Of a DNA stretch of 50,600 bases, positions 37,481 to 46,309 are shown in pieces; within the stretch, counting starts at the first letter, position 1, and each line of letters opens with the position of its first letter. The notes below the pieces were generated by a model. It was not told the origin of the DNA and ran no database searches. It saw only the letters and a list, made by a program, of their open reading frames with translations. The translations under genes and the position numbers were made by a program. The DNA is taken from assembly GCA_026395795.1 (NCBI GenBank), contig JAPLYB010000036.1, positions 1 through 50,600 on the forward strand. The letters are read 5' to 3'. The stretch is from Candidatus Pacearchaeota archaeon. GTDB lineage: Archaea; Nanobdellota; Nanobdellia; Pacearchaeales; UBA284.

Positions 37481-37942
37481 ATGGCAAAGAAACACAGAAA
37501 GAGTCCAAGCGTTTTAAAGAAGATTCATCAAAGGAATAAACTTCCATTATTCTTAAATATTGTATTTCATATTTATTTTGCTGCAGTAATAATTTGGCTT
37601 GCATTCAGCATACTTGCTGTTGCAGGACTAATGCCCATCAAAGACCTGTTGTTTTCGTCCATAGGTTTAAACGCCCTCATGGGAAATGAAATTGTATTAG
37701 TGATAATATGCGCGATATATTTCATTGTTGCAATAGGTCTTCTCCAATTAAGAAGCTGGGCAAGGACACTGGCAATAACATTTGCCATAATTGAGACCTT
37801 ATGTTCTGTTTTTATTTTAACAAAAACATTAACTCCTATAGGAACATTTATGGGGATATTCGCTCTAATCGTTCATGGATTTATCGTGGTTTATCTTTTA
37901 TTTAGCAAGAGCGTCTTGAGAATTTTTAAGATAGCAAACTAA
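37481..37942 (+). CDS. four-TM membrane protein
   Basis: hydrophobic helices, GLLQLRSWAR motif. Confidence 0.6.
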   Translation: MAKKHRKSPSVLKKIHQRNKLPLFLNIVFHIYFAAVIIWLAFSILAVAGLMPIKDLLFSSIGLNALMGNEIVLVIICAIYFIVAIGLLQLRSWARTLAITFAIIETLCSVFILTKTLTPIGTFMGIFALIVHGFIVVYLLFSKSVLRIFKIAN

Positions 37943-39159
37943 ATCAATTTTTCCTGCTTATCACTTTCTAGAACAAGTTGCCCGTATTCTCCATCATATC
38001 CAGGCTGAACTTTTATCTTTCCTTCCCTATTCTTTAATATGTCTCGAACAAGATTCTCAGTTGTAACTTTCTTCAGATCTGATTCAGAAACATTAAGCAG
38101 GATATTGAACTCATGTTTAAACTTCTCAATTAAAGAATTATACTCCTGCCAAACCTTCTTCGTATTAACACCCATCTGAAATCTAGCAGCAATCAATTCA
38201 TGCAACGGCAGAAGTGTTCTGAATGGTTTTGCGTGGCCTGGTTTGAACCCATCTTTTCTGTCAGCAAGTTCTTCAACTCTATTAAGAACACCGATAACCA
38301 GCTTTTTTCCACATACTGGACAGATATTGTTTATCTTTCTAGACTCTTCTGGAGAGCAAGAGAATTTACAGACCCTATGCCCATCATAATGATACTTCCC
38401 ATAGCTTGGAGAAGTTTCAATTGTAAAATCAATTTTATTATTTCTTATTCCATCCAGAATTCCCTTGTAACTGAGATCTTTTAAATCAAAAATAGTTGCT
38501 TCTCTTCCTAATCTCCAAGGCCAAAAACTATGTGAGTCTGAAAAAGAAAGAATAGAAAATTTATCAAGCTTAGAAAGTCTCCAATTCATTTCAGGATCAC
38601 TAGACATCCCTGTTTCGAAAGAGTGTATATTTTTTACTTGTTCTTTAAATGCCTGTTCCATGGTATCGAACCCAGTCATGGACCCAAAAACTCCAAAGTA
38701 TGGCGTCCAAGCATGTGCTGGAATAACTTCAATTTCATTAGAAATTTTCATTATATCTTCAACAAACTTATCGCAAGAAATATTGAATATTGGTCTGCCG
38801 TCATAATCTATCCTTCCCTTGCTTAGCAAATAACTAGTAATCTGATCAACAGTTTTAAAATTAGGGGCAAGTAAAACAATGTGCACCCGCCTTCCTTTTC
38901 CATCTTGACTATACATTAAGGAAATCTCATTAGACAAAACAAAGTTAAAGCCCGATTTTGTTTTTAGAATTCCAGTTCCATCTTCTGTTAATTCCTGTTT
39001 TAATTCTTTATTCCATTCTGGATGAGAGAAATCACCCGTCCCTAGTAAGTCTATTCCTTTTACTCTTGCCCATTTGTCTAGATTAGCAATAGTCAATTCA
39101 TGGCTAGTTGCTCTAGAAAACCTACTGTGAATGTGAAAATCTGATATAATTTGTGTCAT
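37939..39159 (-). CDS. PHP-domain endonuclease Q family protein (TIGR00375-like)
   Basis: DFHIHSRFSRATS, GTGDF.HP, PAHAWTP, SDSHS, GKYHYDGHR.C, CPVCG, PGYDGEYG. Confidence 0.9.
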   Translation of the reverse strand: MTQIISDFHIHSRFSRATSHELTIANLDKWARVKGIDLLGTGDFSHPEWNKELKQELTEDGTGILKTKSGFNFVLSNEISLMYSQDGKGRRVHIVLLAPNFKTVDQITSYLLSKGRIDYDGRPIFNISCDKFVEDIMKISNEIEVIPAHAWTPYFGVFGSMTGFDTMEQAFKEQVKNIHSFETGMSSDPEMNWRLSKLDKFSILSFSDSHSFWPWRLGREATIFDLKDLSYKGILDGIRNNKIDFTIETSPSYGKYHYDGHRVCKFSCSPEESRKINNICPVCGKKLVIGVLNRVEELADRKDGFKPGHAKPFRTLLPLHELIAARFQMGVNTKKVWQEYNSLIEKFKHEFNILLNVSESDLKKVTTENLVRDILKNREGKIKVQPGYDGEYGQLVLESDKQEKLI

Positions 39160-39285
39160 CTTCTTTTTTTTACTCTTTTTAATTTTCTCTATTTTTAAGA
39201 TACCTTATTATCTCAAAGTTTATCATTTAAATATTTTTGCAGATTCATTTTTCAACCTACCATCTGCTATACATCTTTCTAAATG

Positions 39286-39344
39286 TGATAAAAACCATTT
39301 TAGAGGGTTTTTAGCATGCAGAAAAAATGAATGTTTTTCTAGCA
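39286..39344. repeat. double-hairpin dispersed repeat copy upstream of thyX
   Basis: TGATAAAAACC/GGTTTTTAGCA and TGCAGAAAAA/TTTTTCT-A-GCA. Confidence 0.6.
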
Positions 39345-39398
39345 CAAGAATATTTATAAACAAACTCATTTTACTCTAATTACTAAATCTTAATAAAA

Positions 39399-40778
39399 AT
39401 GGGTGCTCAAAGAAGAATATACACATTGAATGGTTTGCCTCCAGAAGTCATTGCTGTAGCCTTTGCAAAGACATCCAGATGTCCAGATCCTTTTGATAAG
39501 ATAGCTGCTGAACTAAATGAAGATAAATCCCGGCAATTCCATGAAAAATGGGTTATTGGATACGGGCATGGCTCTATCATGGAGCACGCAGTCCTTTCAA
39601 TAGCATTGGAAAATGTCTCTGTTCTATTAACAAAATTTTTAGAAGATAATCGACTTGCATCTTATACAGAAAAATCAACAAGATATCAAGTGTTTGATAA
39701 AGAACATTATTACAAACCAGAAAACTTAATGTCCTCAGACTTAAGAGAGATTTACGAAGAAACCTGTGATTTTTTAATTGATAAATACACTGGATTAGTT
39801 CAAAAAATGACTGCGTTCATGCAGAATAAATATCCAAAAACAGCAGATGAAACAGAGGGAGTTTACAATACAAAAATAAAAAATAAGGTGCTAGACAATC
39901 TAAGATACCTCCTCCCAGTTTCAATTCTTACAAACCTTGGAATGACTATAAACGCTAGAAACTTGCGTTGGGCGATTGTAAAATTAGTTTCAAGTGATCT
40001 AAAAGAATTTAATGAGATTGGAGCAGAATTAAAACAATGTGCGGATAAGATAACTCCTACTTTATTGAAACACACCGAAAGAAATGAGTTTATAGAAAAA
40101 AACAGCGCACTTCTAAAAGAATCATCAAACAAATTAATAACTGGAACCAAACAACCAAAAGAAAACACAGTCGACCTAGTAGAATATGATAAAAATGGGG
40201 AAGACAAAGTCATATGCTCGATTCTATATAAGAATACGGGGCTTCCATATTTAGAGATTAAACAAAAGGTGATAAATATGTCAAAAGAAGAAAAGGAAGA
40301 TGTAATAAAAAAGGCATTTGAGGGGTTGGGAAAATTTGATATTCCAATAAGGGAGACAGAAATGCCTGAATACGTATTCGATATTTTGATGGATTATGGA
40401 GCTTTTAGAGATGTCCAAAGACATAGAATTTGTACACAAATCAATCCTAATCTAGATGTGGATTATGGATATTCTATTCCAGATGAAGTAATTGAAGCTG
40501 GAATGGAAGCAGACTATAAATCCTGTATGGAAAAAGCAAAAGAAACTTTCACAAAAATAAAGGAAAACTTCCCAAAAGAAGCCCAATATGTTGTTCCCTT
40601 AGCTTACAGAAAAAGGGTTTTAATTAAAATGAATTTTAGAGAGGCGTTTCATTTTATAAGACTGAGATCTGGGAAACAAGGCCATGCATCATACAGAAAA
40701 ATCGCTCAGAACATGTATAATCTTATTAATGATATTCATCCAATGTTAGGAAAACAGCTCGTTGTTGATAAAACCTGA
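39399..40778 (+). CDS. thyX: FAD-dependent thymidylate synthase, tandem two-Thy1-domain type
   Basis: GHGSIMEH, RLASYTEKSTRY, RYLLP, QRHR, EAQYVVP, FIRLRS. Confidence 0.9.
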   Translation: MGAQRRIYTLNGLPPEVIAVAFAKTSRCPDPFDKIAAELNEDKSRQFHEKWVIGYGHGSIMEHAVLSIALENVSVLLTKFLEDNRLASYTEKSTRYQVFDKEHYYKPENLMSSDLREIYEETCDFLIDKYTGLVQKMTAFMQNKYPKTADETEGVYNTKIKNKVLDNLRYLLPVSILTNLGMTINARNLRWAIVKLVSSDLKEFNEIGAELKQCADKITPTLLKHTERNEFIEKNSALLKESSNKLITGTKQPKENTVDLVEYDKNGEDKVICSILYKNTGLPYLEIKQKVINMSKEEKEDVIKKAFEGLGKFDIPIRETEMPEYVFDILMDYGAFRDVQRHRICTQINPNLDVDYGYSIPDEVIEAGMEADYKSCMEKAKETFTKIKENFPKEAQYVVPLAYRKRVLIKMNFREAFHFIRLRSGKQGHASYRKIAQNMYNLINDIHPMLGKQLVVDKT

Positions 40779-40811
40779 TTAAAAATTATAAACCCGCCTA
40801 AATATCATAAA

Positions 40812-42050
40812 ATGTTACAAAAGATTGATCCTGAAATCTATGAAATAATAAAAAAAGAGAAAGAAAGAGAGCAAAATGTTCTAGAATTAATCCCTTCTGA
40901 AAATTTTACAAGTGTAGCAGTCTTGCAAGCCCTTGGATCAGTTCTCACAAACAAGTATTCAGAAGGTTATTCGCATAAAAGATATTACGGCGGTAACGAG
41001 TTTGTTGATGAAGCAGAAGATTTAGCAATTAAGAGAGCAAAAGAACTATTTGGGGCAGAGCATGTTAATGTCCAACCCTATTCTGGAAGTCCAGCAAACC
41101 TAGAGGTGTATTTTGCATTGTTAAAACCGGGAGATAAGGTGCTAGGCATGAATCTAGCTCATGGCGGGCACTTAACTCATGGACATCCGATAAACTTTTC
41201 AGGTAAAATTTTCAATTTTGCCCAGTATGGTGTAGAAGAAGGAACAGAGCTTCTTGACTATGACAAAATAAGACAGAAAGCGCTAGAAGAAAAGCCAAAA
41301 ATAATTGTTTCCGGAGCATCTGCTTATCCTAGAGCAATTGATTTTAAAAAATTCCAAGAGATTTCTGAAGAAGTTGGAGCAGTAAGCATGGCAGACATAG
41401 CACATATAGCAGGACTTATTGTAGCAGGGGAACACCAAAGCCCGTTTCCTTTTACAGATATAGTCACTACAACAACGCATAAAACATTGCGAGGACCAAG
41501 AGGAGCAATGATAATGTGCAAGGAAAAGTTTGCAAAAGATATTGATCGTGCTGTCTTCCCAGGAATGCAGGGCGGGCCTCACAATCATGTTAACGCTGCA
41601 AAAGCAGTCGCATTCAAGGAAGCATCAACACCAGAATTCAGGGAATACATCAGACAAGTTGTAAAAAACGCGAAGGTTCTTGCAGAAGAATTAAAAAAAT
41701 ATGGATTTAGGCTCGTTACAGGGGGAACAGACAATCACCTTATCCTTATTGATTTAACAAACAAGAACATTCCTGGAAAAGAAGCAGAAGCAATTTTAGA
41801 TAAAATTGGGATAACAGTTAATAAAAATATGATTCCTTTTGATAAAGGTTCTCCTTTTGATCCCTCAGGAATAAGGATAGGCACTCCTGCAATCACAACA
41901 AGAGGTATGAAAGAAGACGAAATGAAAGTAATCGCAGAATGGATAAATAGAACTCTTGAAAACAAGAACAACGAAACAGAATTAGAAAAAGTAAAATCTC
42001 AGATTCGAGAACTAACAAAACACTTTCCTCTTTATCCAGAATTAGATTGA
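40812..42050 (+). CDS. glyA: serine hydroxymethyltransferase (bacterial-like, THF-dependent)
   Basis: ELIPSEN, NKYSEGY...[32 protein letters not shown]. Confidence 0.97.
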   Translation: MLQKIDPEIYEIIKKEKEREQNVLELIPSENFTSVAVLQALGSVLTNKYSEGYSHKRYYGGNEFVDEAEDLAIKRAKELFGAEHVNVQPYSGSPANLEVYFALLKPGDKVLGMNLAHGGHLTHGHPINFSGKIFNFAQYGVEEGTELLDYDKIRQKALEEKPKIIVSGASAYPRAIDFKKFQEISEEVGAVSMADIAHIAGLIVAGEHQSPFPFTDIVTTTTHKTLRGPRGAMIMCKEKFAKDIDRAVFPGMQGGPHNHVNAAKAVAFKEASTPEFREYIRQVVKNAKVLAEELKKYGFRLVTGGTDNHLILIDLTNKNIPGKEAEAILDKIGITVNKNMIPFDKGSPFDPSGIRIGTPAITTRGMKEDEMKVIAEWINRTLENKNNETELEKVKSQIRELTKHFPLYPELD

Positions 42051-42151
42051 ATACCCCAGATCATCAGTCCAGATTGCAGTTTTATCTATATTTTGATTTA
42101 TATTCTTTTAAGAATAACTTTGTTTAAATAGTATTTTTATCTATTTAGAAA

Positions 42152-42787
42152 ATGTTAAATGAAAAAAAAGGCAAATTTATTGTTTTTGAAGGCCTAGATG
42201 GTTCTGGAAAAACATTGCAGATGCTAAAAACTGCAAGTTTTCTTTTTGATAATTATAAAAAATATGAGATTCTTTGCGCAAAAGAACCAACCTACATGAC
42301 AAAGTCTGGAAAACTGATAAGAAAAAAACTCGCCCATGATAAAGATCCAAAGAAACAAGGAAAACTCTTTCGTGCACTTTATGTTAAAGATAGAGCAGAA
42401 CACAACAAAAAGATAATCTTGCCCGCATTAAAATACGGGTGCATTGTTCTATGCGACAGATACAGCCACAGCACATTTGCATATCAACAAGCTCAAGGCG
42501 ATGTTTCATTCCAAGAAGTCTTGAATGAACACAAGAAGTATAAAATAAGAAGACCGGATTTAACACTTATTTTTGACGTTCCAGCAATCGTGGCGATTCA
42601 AAGGATACAAAAAGGAAGACGAAAGAATGAACTATTTGAAAAAACTCTTTTTCTAGAAGAGGTAAGACATAATTATTTGAAATTAAAAAGATTCTTGCCA
42701 AAGGACAATATTATAGTTATAAACGGTGATGCACCAGTTGAAGAGATTTTTGCAAAAGTTCAAAAAGAAGTTGAAAAGATAATCTGA
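42152..42787 (+). CDS. tmk: thymidylate kinase
   Basis: FEGLDGSGKT, EPT, DR.EH, CDRY..ST.AYQ. Confidence 0.95.
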   Translation: MLNEKKGKFIVFEGLDGSGKTLQMLKTASFLFDNYKKYEILCAKEPTYMTKSGKLIRKKLAHDKDPKKQGKLFRALYVKDRAEHNKKIILPALKYGCIVLCDRYSHSTFAYQQAQGDVSFQEVLNEHKKYKIRRPDLTLIFDVPAIVAIQRIQKGRRKNELFEKTLFLEEVRHNYLKLKRFLPKDNIIVINGDAPVEEIFAKVQKEVEKII

Positions 42788-42847
42788 ATCTCCCAAATTC
42801 TTCCTGTTCAGCAAGTTTTTTAATCTATCTTTTATTGTTTACTTTAT

Positions 42848-42875
42848 GCCCAGATGGCCCAATGGTAAGGCGCAT
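42848..42875 (+). pseudogene. truncated 5' fragment of a tRNA gene (tRNA-Ser-like)
   Basis: GCCCAGA-TG-GCC-CAATGGTAA-GGC-G-CAT gives acceptor 5' strand, intact D arm and start of anticodon stem, then breaks; TATA-like box ~25 nt upstream. Confidence 0.75.
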
Positions 42876-42914
42876 TAATAGAAAGATTTAAATACTTCAT
42901 AGTGTTTTTATTAG

Positions 42915-43595
42915 ATGGATTTATCAAAGAGAAATAGAAAAGTTGCGATTTCTAGATGGAAAAAAGTGATAGACAAAGAAAAGAGAGAAATTTCTTCTGA
43001 TAAAAAAACAACTATCTTAAAGGCATCTATTTGCGGTTTCCTAGCTGGTGATGGAAGCGTTCAAGCCAGGGATATGGGGAATTATATCAAATATCAAATT
43101 GATTTCTTTCCAGATGATGAAATCATGCTTGAAAGATATATGAATGATATTAAAGAAGTATATGACAAAACTCCAAGTATAAAAAAGAGGGGAAAAATGT
43201 TTATTGTGAGAATTAGTTCAAAAACAATTGGAGAGGATATTCTGCAAGAAACTAAATTTGGGTTAAAAACATGGAAAGTTCCAAACAAGTTATTTATTTA
43301 TGCTGAAGCCAAAAAATCTTGGTTGAAAGCTTTTTTTTCAGCAGAAGGGTATGTTAATCAGAAATCAATTAAAATTCAAACAGTAAATAAAGAGGGGATG
43401 CTTCAAGTATCTAGGTTACTAGCACATTTTTCTATAAACCATAAGTTTTACAGTTATCTTCCCAAAAATAAGCTCCATTCTAAGGTGTATATTATAATAA
43501 TCTTTAGAAAAGAAGAAAGAAAACGATTTTATGATAAAATTGGGTTTTGGCATTCTAAGAAAATGGAAATACTTAAAAGGTCTATTTCAAATTAG
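42915..43595 (+). CDS. free-standing double-motif LAGLIDADG homing endonuclease-like protein
   Basis: ICGFLAGDGSV and WLKAFFSAEGYV motifs; terminal FYDKIGF typical of DOD domains; no intein splicing motifs; own BRE/TATA GAAAGATTTAAATA at 42881. Confidence 0.9.
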   Translation: MDLSKRNRKVAISRWKKVIDKEKREISSDKKTTILKASICGFLAGDGSVQARDMGNYIKYQIDFFPDDEIMLERYMNDIKEVYDKTPSIKKRGKMFIVRISSKTIGEDILQETKFGLKTWKVPNKLFIYAEAKKSWLKAFFSAEGYVNQKSIKIQTVNKEGMLQVSRLLAHFSINHKFYSYLPKNKLHSKVYIIIIFRKEERKRFYDKIGFWHSKKMEILKRSISN

Positions 43596-43602
43596 TAATT
43601 GT

Positions 43603-43718
43603 GCCGCGATCGCGTAATGGTATCGCAAAGGCCTGGAATAAGAATCAATGTTCTTAACAATTCCTATCCACAAAGCCTTGCCCGCAAGGGCATCGGGGTT
43701 CGATTCCCTGTCGCGGCG
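43603..43718 (+). tRNA. tRNA-Ser(GGA) with 35-nt intron at 37/38 (43639-43673)
   Basis: GCCGCGA/TCGCGGC acceptor, AAGGC-CT-GGA-A^A-GCCTT, long variable arm GCCC-GCAA-GGGC, GGTTCGATTCC, G73; relaxed BHB. Confidence 0.9.
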
Positions 43719-43755
43719 TAAGATATTTTTATAAATCCCCAATAAATAATTATTT

Positions 43756-44037
43756 ATGGCAAACAAAGCAAAAGCGAGTCACATTCTTGTGAAAACAGAA
43801 GAGCAGGCAAAAGATATCTTAGCAAAAGTTCAAAGAGGAGAATCATTCTCTAAACTTGCCCAAGAATATTCTGTCTGTCCTTCAAAGAAAAAGGGCGGAA
43901 GTTTGGGAGAGTTTGGAAGAGGACAAATGGTTAAGGAATTTGAACATGCTGTTTTCAATGCAAAAAAAGGCGACGTAGTTCTAGTAAAAACACAATTTGG
44001 CTGGCACGTTATAAAAGTAGAAGATATTTGGGGCTAG
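43756..44037 (+). CDS. ppiC: parvulin-type peptidyl-prolyl isomerase
   Basis: ASHILVK, F..LA.EYS.CPS...GG.LG.F.RGQMV.EFE, TQFGWHVI. Confidence 0.95.
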   Translation: MANKAKASHILVKTEEQAKDILAKVQRGESFSKLAQEYSVCPSKKKGGSLGEFGRGQMVKEFEHAVFNAKKGDVVLVKTQFGWHVIKVEDIWG

Positions 44038-44149
44038 AGATAACAAGAAGGATTAATGCGGTTATATTCATTATTAATAATACCCGAAGTCAATTTCAAA
44101 AACAACGTCACTTAATAGAACTAAATCCCTTTTATATTAATTATCAAAC

Positions 44150-44803
44150 TCATATAACATCGCCAATCCAAGCAACAGAAGAATCAAGACCTATTCCAGG
44201 ACAAGCAGTATTAACCCAACTTTTAATTTCAGGCCAGTTTTCCATCTGCTCTTCTTGAAATTCATCAAATAAGAATACATAGACTTTTTTATTTTTTTTC
44301 TCTGATTTTTCCTTAAATTTTAACGCTTGATCAAGATGTAACTGTCCCCATTTTGTTGAGACTAACAGGCCGATATGATCGGCACTCAAGAATCTAACTT
44401 TAAAGGCTTTCTTTCTCATCTTAAATTTTTCTACCTCATTCCAAGAGATTTCTGAAAACTCTTCTGTTAAAGGGTTATAAGTAAATATTTTTTTTTGCTC
44501 TGTTAAAGACAAGGCCATTTGGATAAGATGAAATTTTCCAGATCCAATATAAAGAAATGCTTGAACTTTAGACTCAACAGCAAGTGCTGACGCAGCATTG
44601 CATCCCAAAATCATTCCGGTCCCATTTAAAAAAACATTTTTCCCGGTTTTCTCTAGTTTTTTCTTGATTTCTTTTAAAAAATCAGAAAACTGAATCGTAG
44701 AAATAAGCCCTACCTTTTCAGGAAGCTTCTCAAAGTTTTTAAGAAGAGCTGTAGGAACAGAGTAATCGGTCTTGTAACCTGCTTTTATTAAGAGTTGTTT
44801 CAT
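44150..44803 (-). CDS. dph2: diphthamide synthesis protein Dph2 (short form)
   Basis: STIQF, ILGC, GSG.FH, STK.GQ, NTACP. Confidence 0.85.
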   Translation of the reverse strand: MKQLLIKAGYKTDYSVPTALLKNFEKLPEKVGLISTIQFSDFLKEIKKKLEKTGKNVFLNGTGMILGCNAASALAVESKVQAFLYIGSGKFHLIQMALSLTEQKKIFTYNPLTEEFSEISWNEVEKFKMRKKAFKVRFLSADHIGLLVSTKWGQLHLDQALKFKEKSEKKNKKVYVFLFDEFQEEQMENWPEIKSWVNTACPGIGLDSSVAWIGDVI

Positions 44804-44826
44804 CGAAACTTTAGCTATAAGCTAAT

Positions 44827-45210
44827 TTACATCATCTGCTCTGTCTTTGGTGCTTGTGGTGGTACGCTTCCGCCTCTGAATATATCAACGAACGGTGGCG
44901 TAACAATAATAACATTTTCACCAAAACCAGCTATGTTTCCTTCAAGCGCATCTACTGTCTTTTTAAGCTTTGATATAGATCTCTTCAATTCGATAACATC
45001 TTTGCTTTTCAAAGACTTAATATCAATCAAAGCGATTGTATTCCCTTCTCTTAGTATCTCAAGAATTCTTCCAACGTCCTCGAATGTCCTAAGAACAAAT
45101 GGTCTCAATACTACCTTTGACTTTTTGGGTGTATCTCTGCCTATATCAACTTCGATGTAGTCTAAACTCTCTTCTCCTTTTCCGCCGAACAATTTATTGA
45201 AAAATGCCAT
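44827..45210 (-). CDS. sepF: cell division protein SepF (archaeal DUF552)
   Basis: LR.FED...IL..LREG.TI..IDI..LK.....ELKR.I.KLK......G.IAG.....IIVTP. Confidence 0.88.
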   Translation of the reverse strand: MAFFNKLFGGKGEESLDYIEVDIGRDTPKKSKVVLRPFVLRTFEDVGRILEILREGNTIALIDIKSLKSKDVIELKRSISKLKKTVDALEGNIAGFGENVIIVTPPFVDIFRGGSVPPQAPKTEQMM

Positions 45211-45274
45211 TTTAATTTAACAAGTAAATAAGACAATCATCGCTTTATAAATTTTTTGCTGATATTTTATATAT

Positions 45275-45352
45275 GTCAAGAACCATATACTCGGGTGTAT
45301 AGTTCTTGAACATCCCAAAAATTCTATATTTTTCAGGATATTCAAGAGGGGG
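45275..45352 (-). repeat. orphan IS200-like right end / palindromic element
   Basis: GTCAAGAACCA identical to 23373-23383; hairpin followed by TTCTTGAC on the minus strand; second bulged hairpin ATCCCAAAAAT/ATTTTTCAGGAT. Confidence 0.5.
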
Positions 45353-45411
45353 CTATTACAACAAAACAGGATAAATCACATTGATTTAATAGTTAAAAAA
45401 AGAATTTCACA

Positions 45412-45732
45412 TTATTTTACGTCTTTCAAGACCTCTTCTCGAACCCTGCTAAACTTCTTATTCATTTCATCTTCTTGTTTTTCAATTGATTTAATCCTCA
45501 ATTCTAGAAGTTGTTTTTTTCTTTCAAGATCTTTTTGTAAGGTACTCTTGTCAGATTTGAACATTAGATTTCCAACAATTTTGAAAACATCTCCTTTCGC
45601 ATCTTTAAGACTTTCCAAAGCACTAATTGTTTCAGAAAGCTCTATTTGAAAAAGTTGTTTTTGCAAAGTCAAGTTCTGAGAAGCTTGTTCCATTATTTGT
45701 AAGTCTTCGATACTGTTTTTTGATTTTTCCAT
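45412..45732 (-). CDS. pfdB: prefoldin beta subunit
   Basis: QKQ....EL.E...AL..L......VFKIVGNLM....K......L......LELRIK.IEKQE. Confidence 0.9.
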   Translation of the reverse strand: MEKSKNSIEDLQIMEQASQNLTLQKQLFQIELSETISALESLKDAKGDVFKIVGNLMFKSDKSTLQKDLERKKQLLELRIKSIEKQEDEMNKKFSRVREEVLKDVK

Positions 45733-45778
45733 TTTTTATTGATTCATTCGTCATCTAGCTCTTATCCATTAAAGATAA

Positions 45779-45916
45779 TTAAATTGCTTTTATTTTTTTA
45801 ACCGCAGTTCTTGGTTTAAAGAAAACTTTCATTCCACAATTGGGACAAGAGAATCTACTTCTTAAAGACTTTTCATTTACTTGTTTACCGCAAAAAAAAC
45901 ATTTGTATTCTGCCAT
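45779..45916 (-). CDS. rpoP: RNA polymerase subunit P (Rpo12), 45 aa
   Basis: manual translation MAEYKCFFCGKQVNEKSLRSRFSCPNCGMKVFFKPRTAVKKIKAI; conserved position between rpl37ae and pfdB. Confidence 0.92.
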   Translation of the reverse strand: MAEYKCFFCGKQVNEKSLRSRFSCPNCGMKVFFKPRTAVKKIKAI

Positions 45917-45970
45917 GCTAGAAAAAACCTCCGTTGTTTTTTCGGCATGCTGAAAATTTTATTTTTATCA
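45916..45970. repeat. double-hairpin dispersed repeat copy carrying the SD of rpoP (second hairpin degenerate)
   Basis: TGCTAGAAAAAAC-CTCCGTT-GTTTTTTCGGCA then TGCTGAAAATT... Confidence 0.62.
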
Positions 45971-45983
45971 TTTTAATCCATAA

Positions 45984-46250
45984 TTATTTAGATTTTCTAG
46001 TTTTTAAATTTTGTTCAACTTCAATTGATTTTTCAAGAGCATATGCTCCACCAGTGAATCTTTTTCCACATGATTTTGATTTGCATTGCCATAATCCTTT
46101 AGCAATTCTTTTTGCAGCAAGTTTCTTACAGAAAGGACATCTCTGTCTCTCTTTTCTTTTTTTCTCCACTTCAAGCCATTTTTCCTTTACAGTACTTCCG
46201 TATCTTACTCCAAATCTCCCTGATGCTCCAACTTTCTTTGTCTTTCCCAT
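45984..46250 (-). CDS. rpl37ae: 50S ribosomal protein eL43 (L37Ae)
   Basis: GRFGVRYG, CPFC, KRIAKGLWQC..C...FTGGAY. Confidence 0.96.
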   Translation of the reverse strand: MGKTKKVGASGRFGVRYGSTVKEKWLEVEKKRKERQRCPFCKKLAAKRIAKGLWQCKSKSCGKRFTGGAYALEKSIEVEQNLKTRKSK

Positions 46251-46309
46251 TGTACTATGTTTATTTTTATGAAATTCGGTTTTTAAAACTATCTAACCGA
46301 TAGGTAATA

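Noticed and set aside
42848-43718. One giant intron-containing tRNA with the LAGLIDADG ORF inside the intron
   Set aside because: The downstream tRNA has its own complete 5' half; the fragment's acceptor strand GCCCAGA pairs only 5/7 with TCGCGGC, and no BHB is evident at the fragment end
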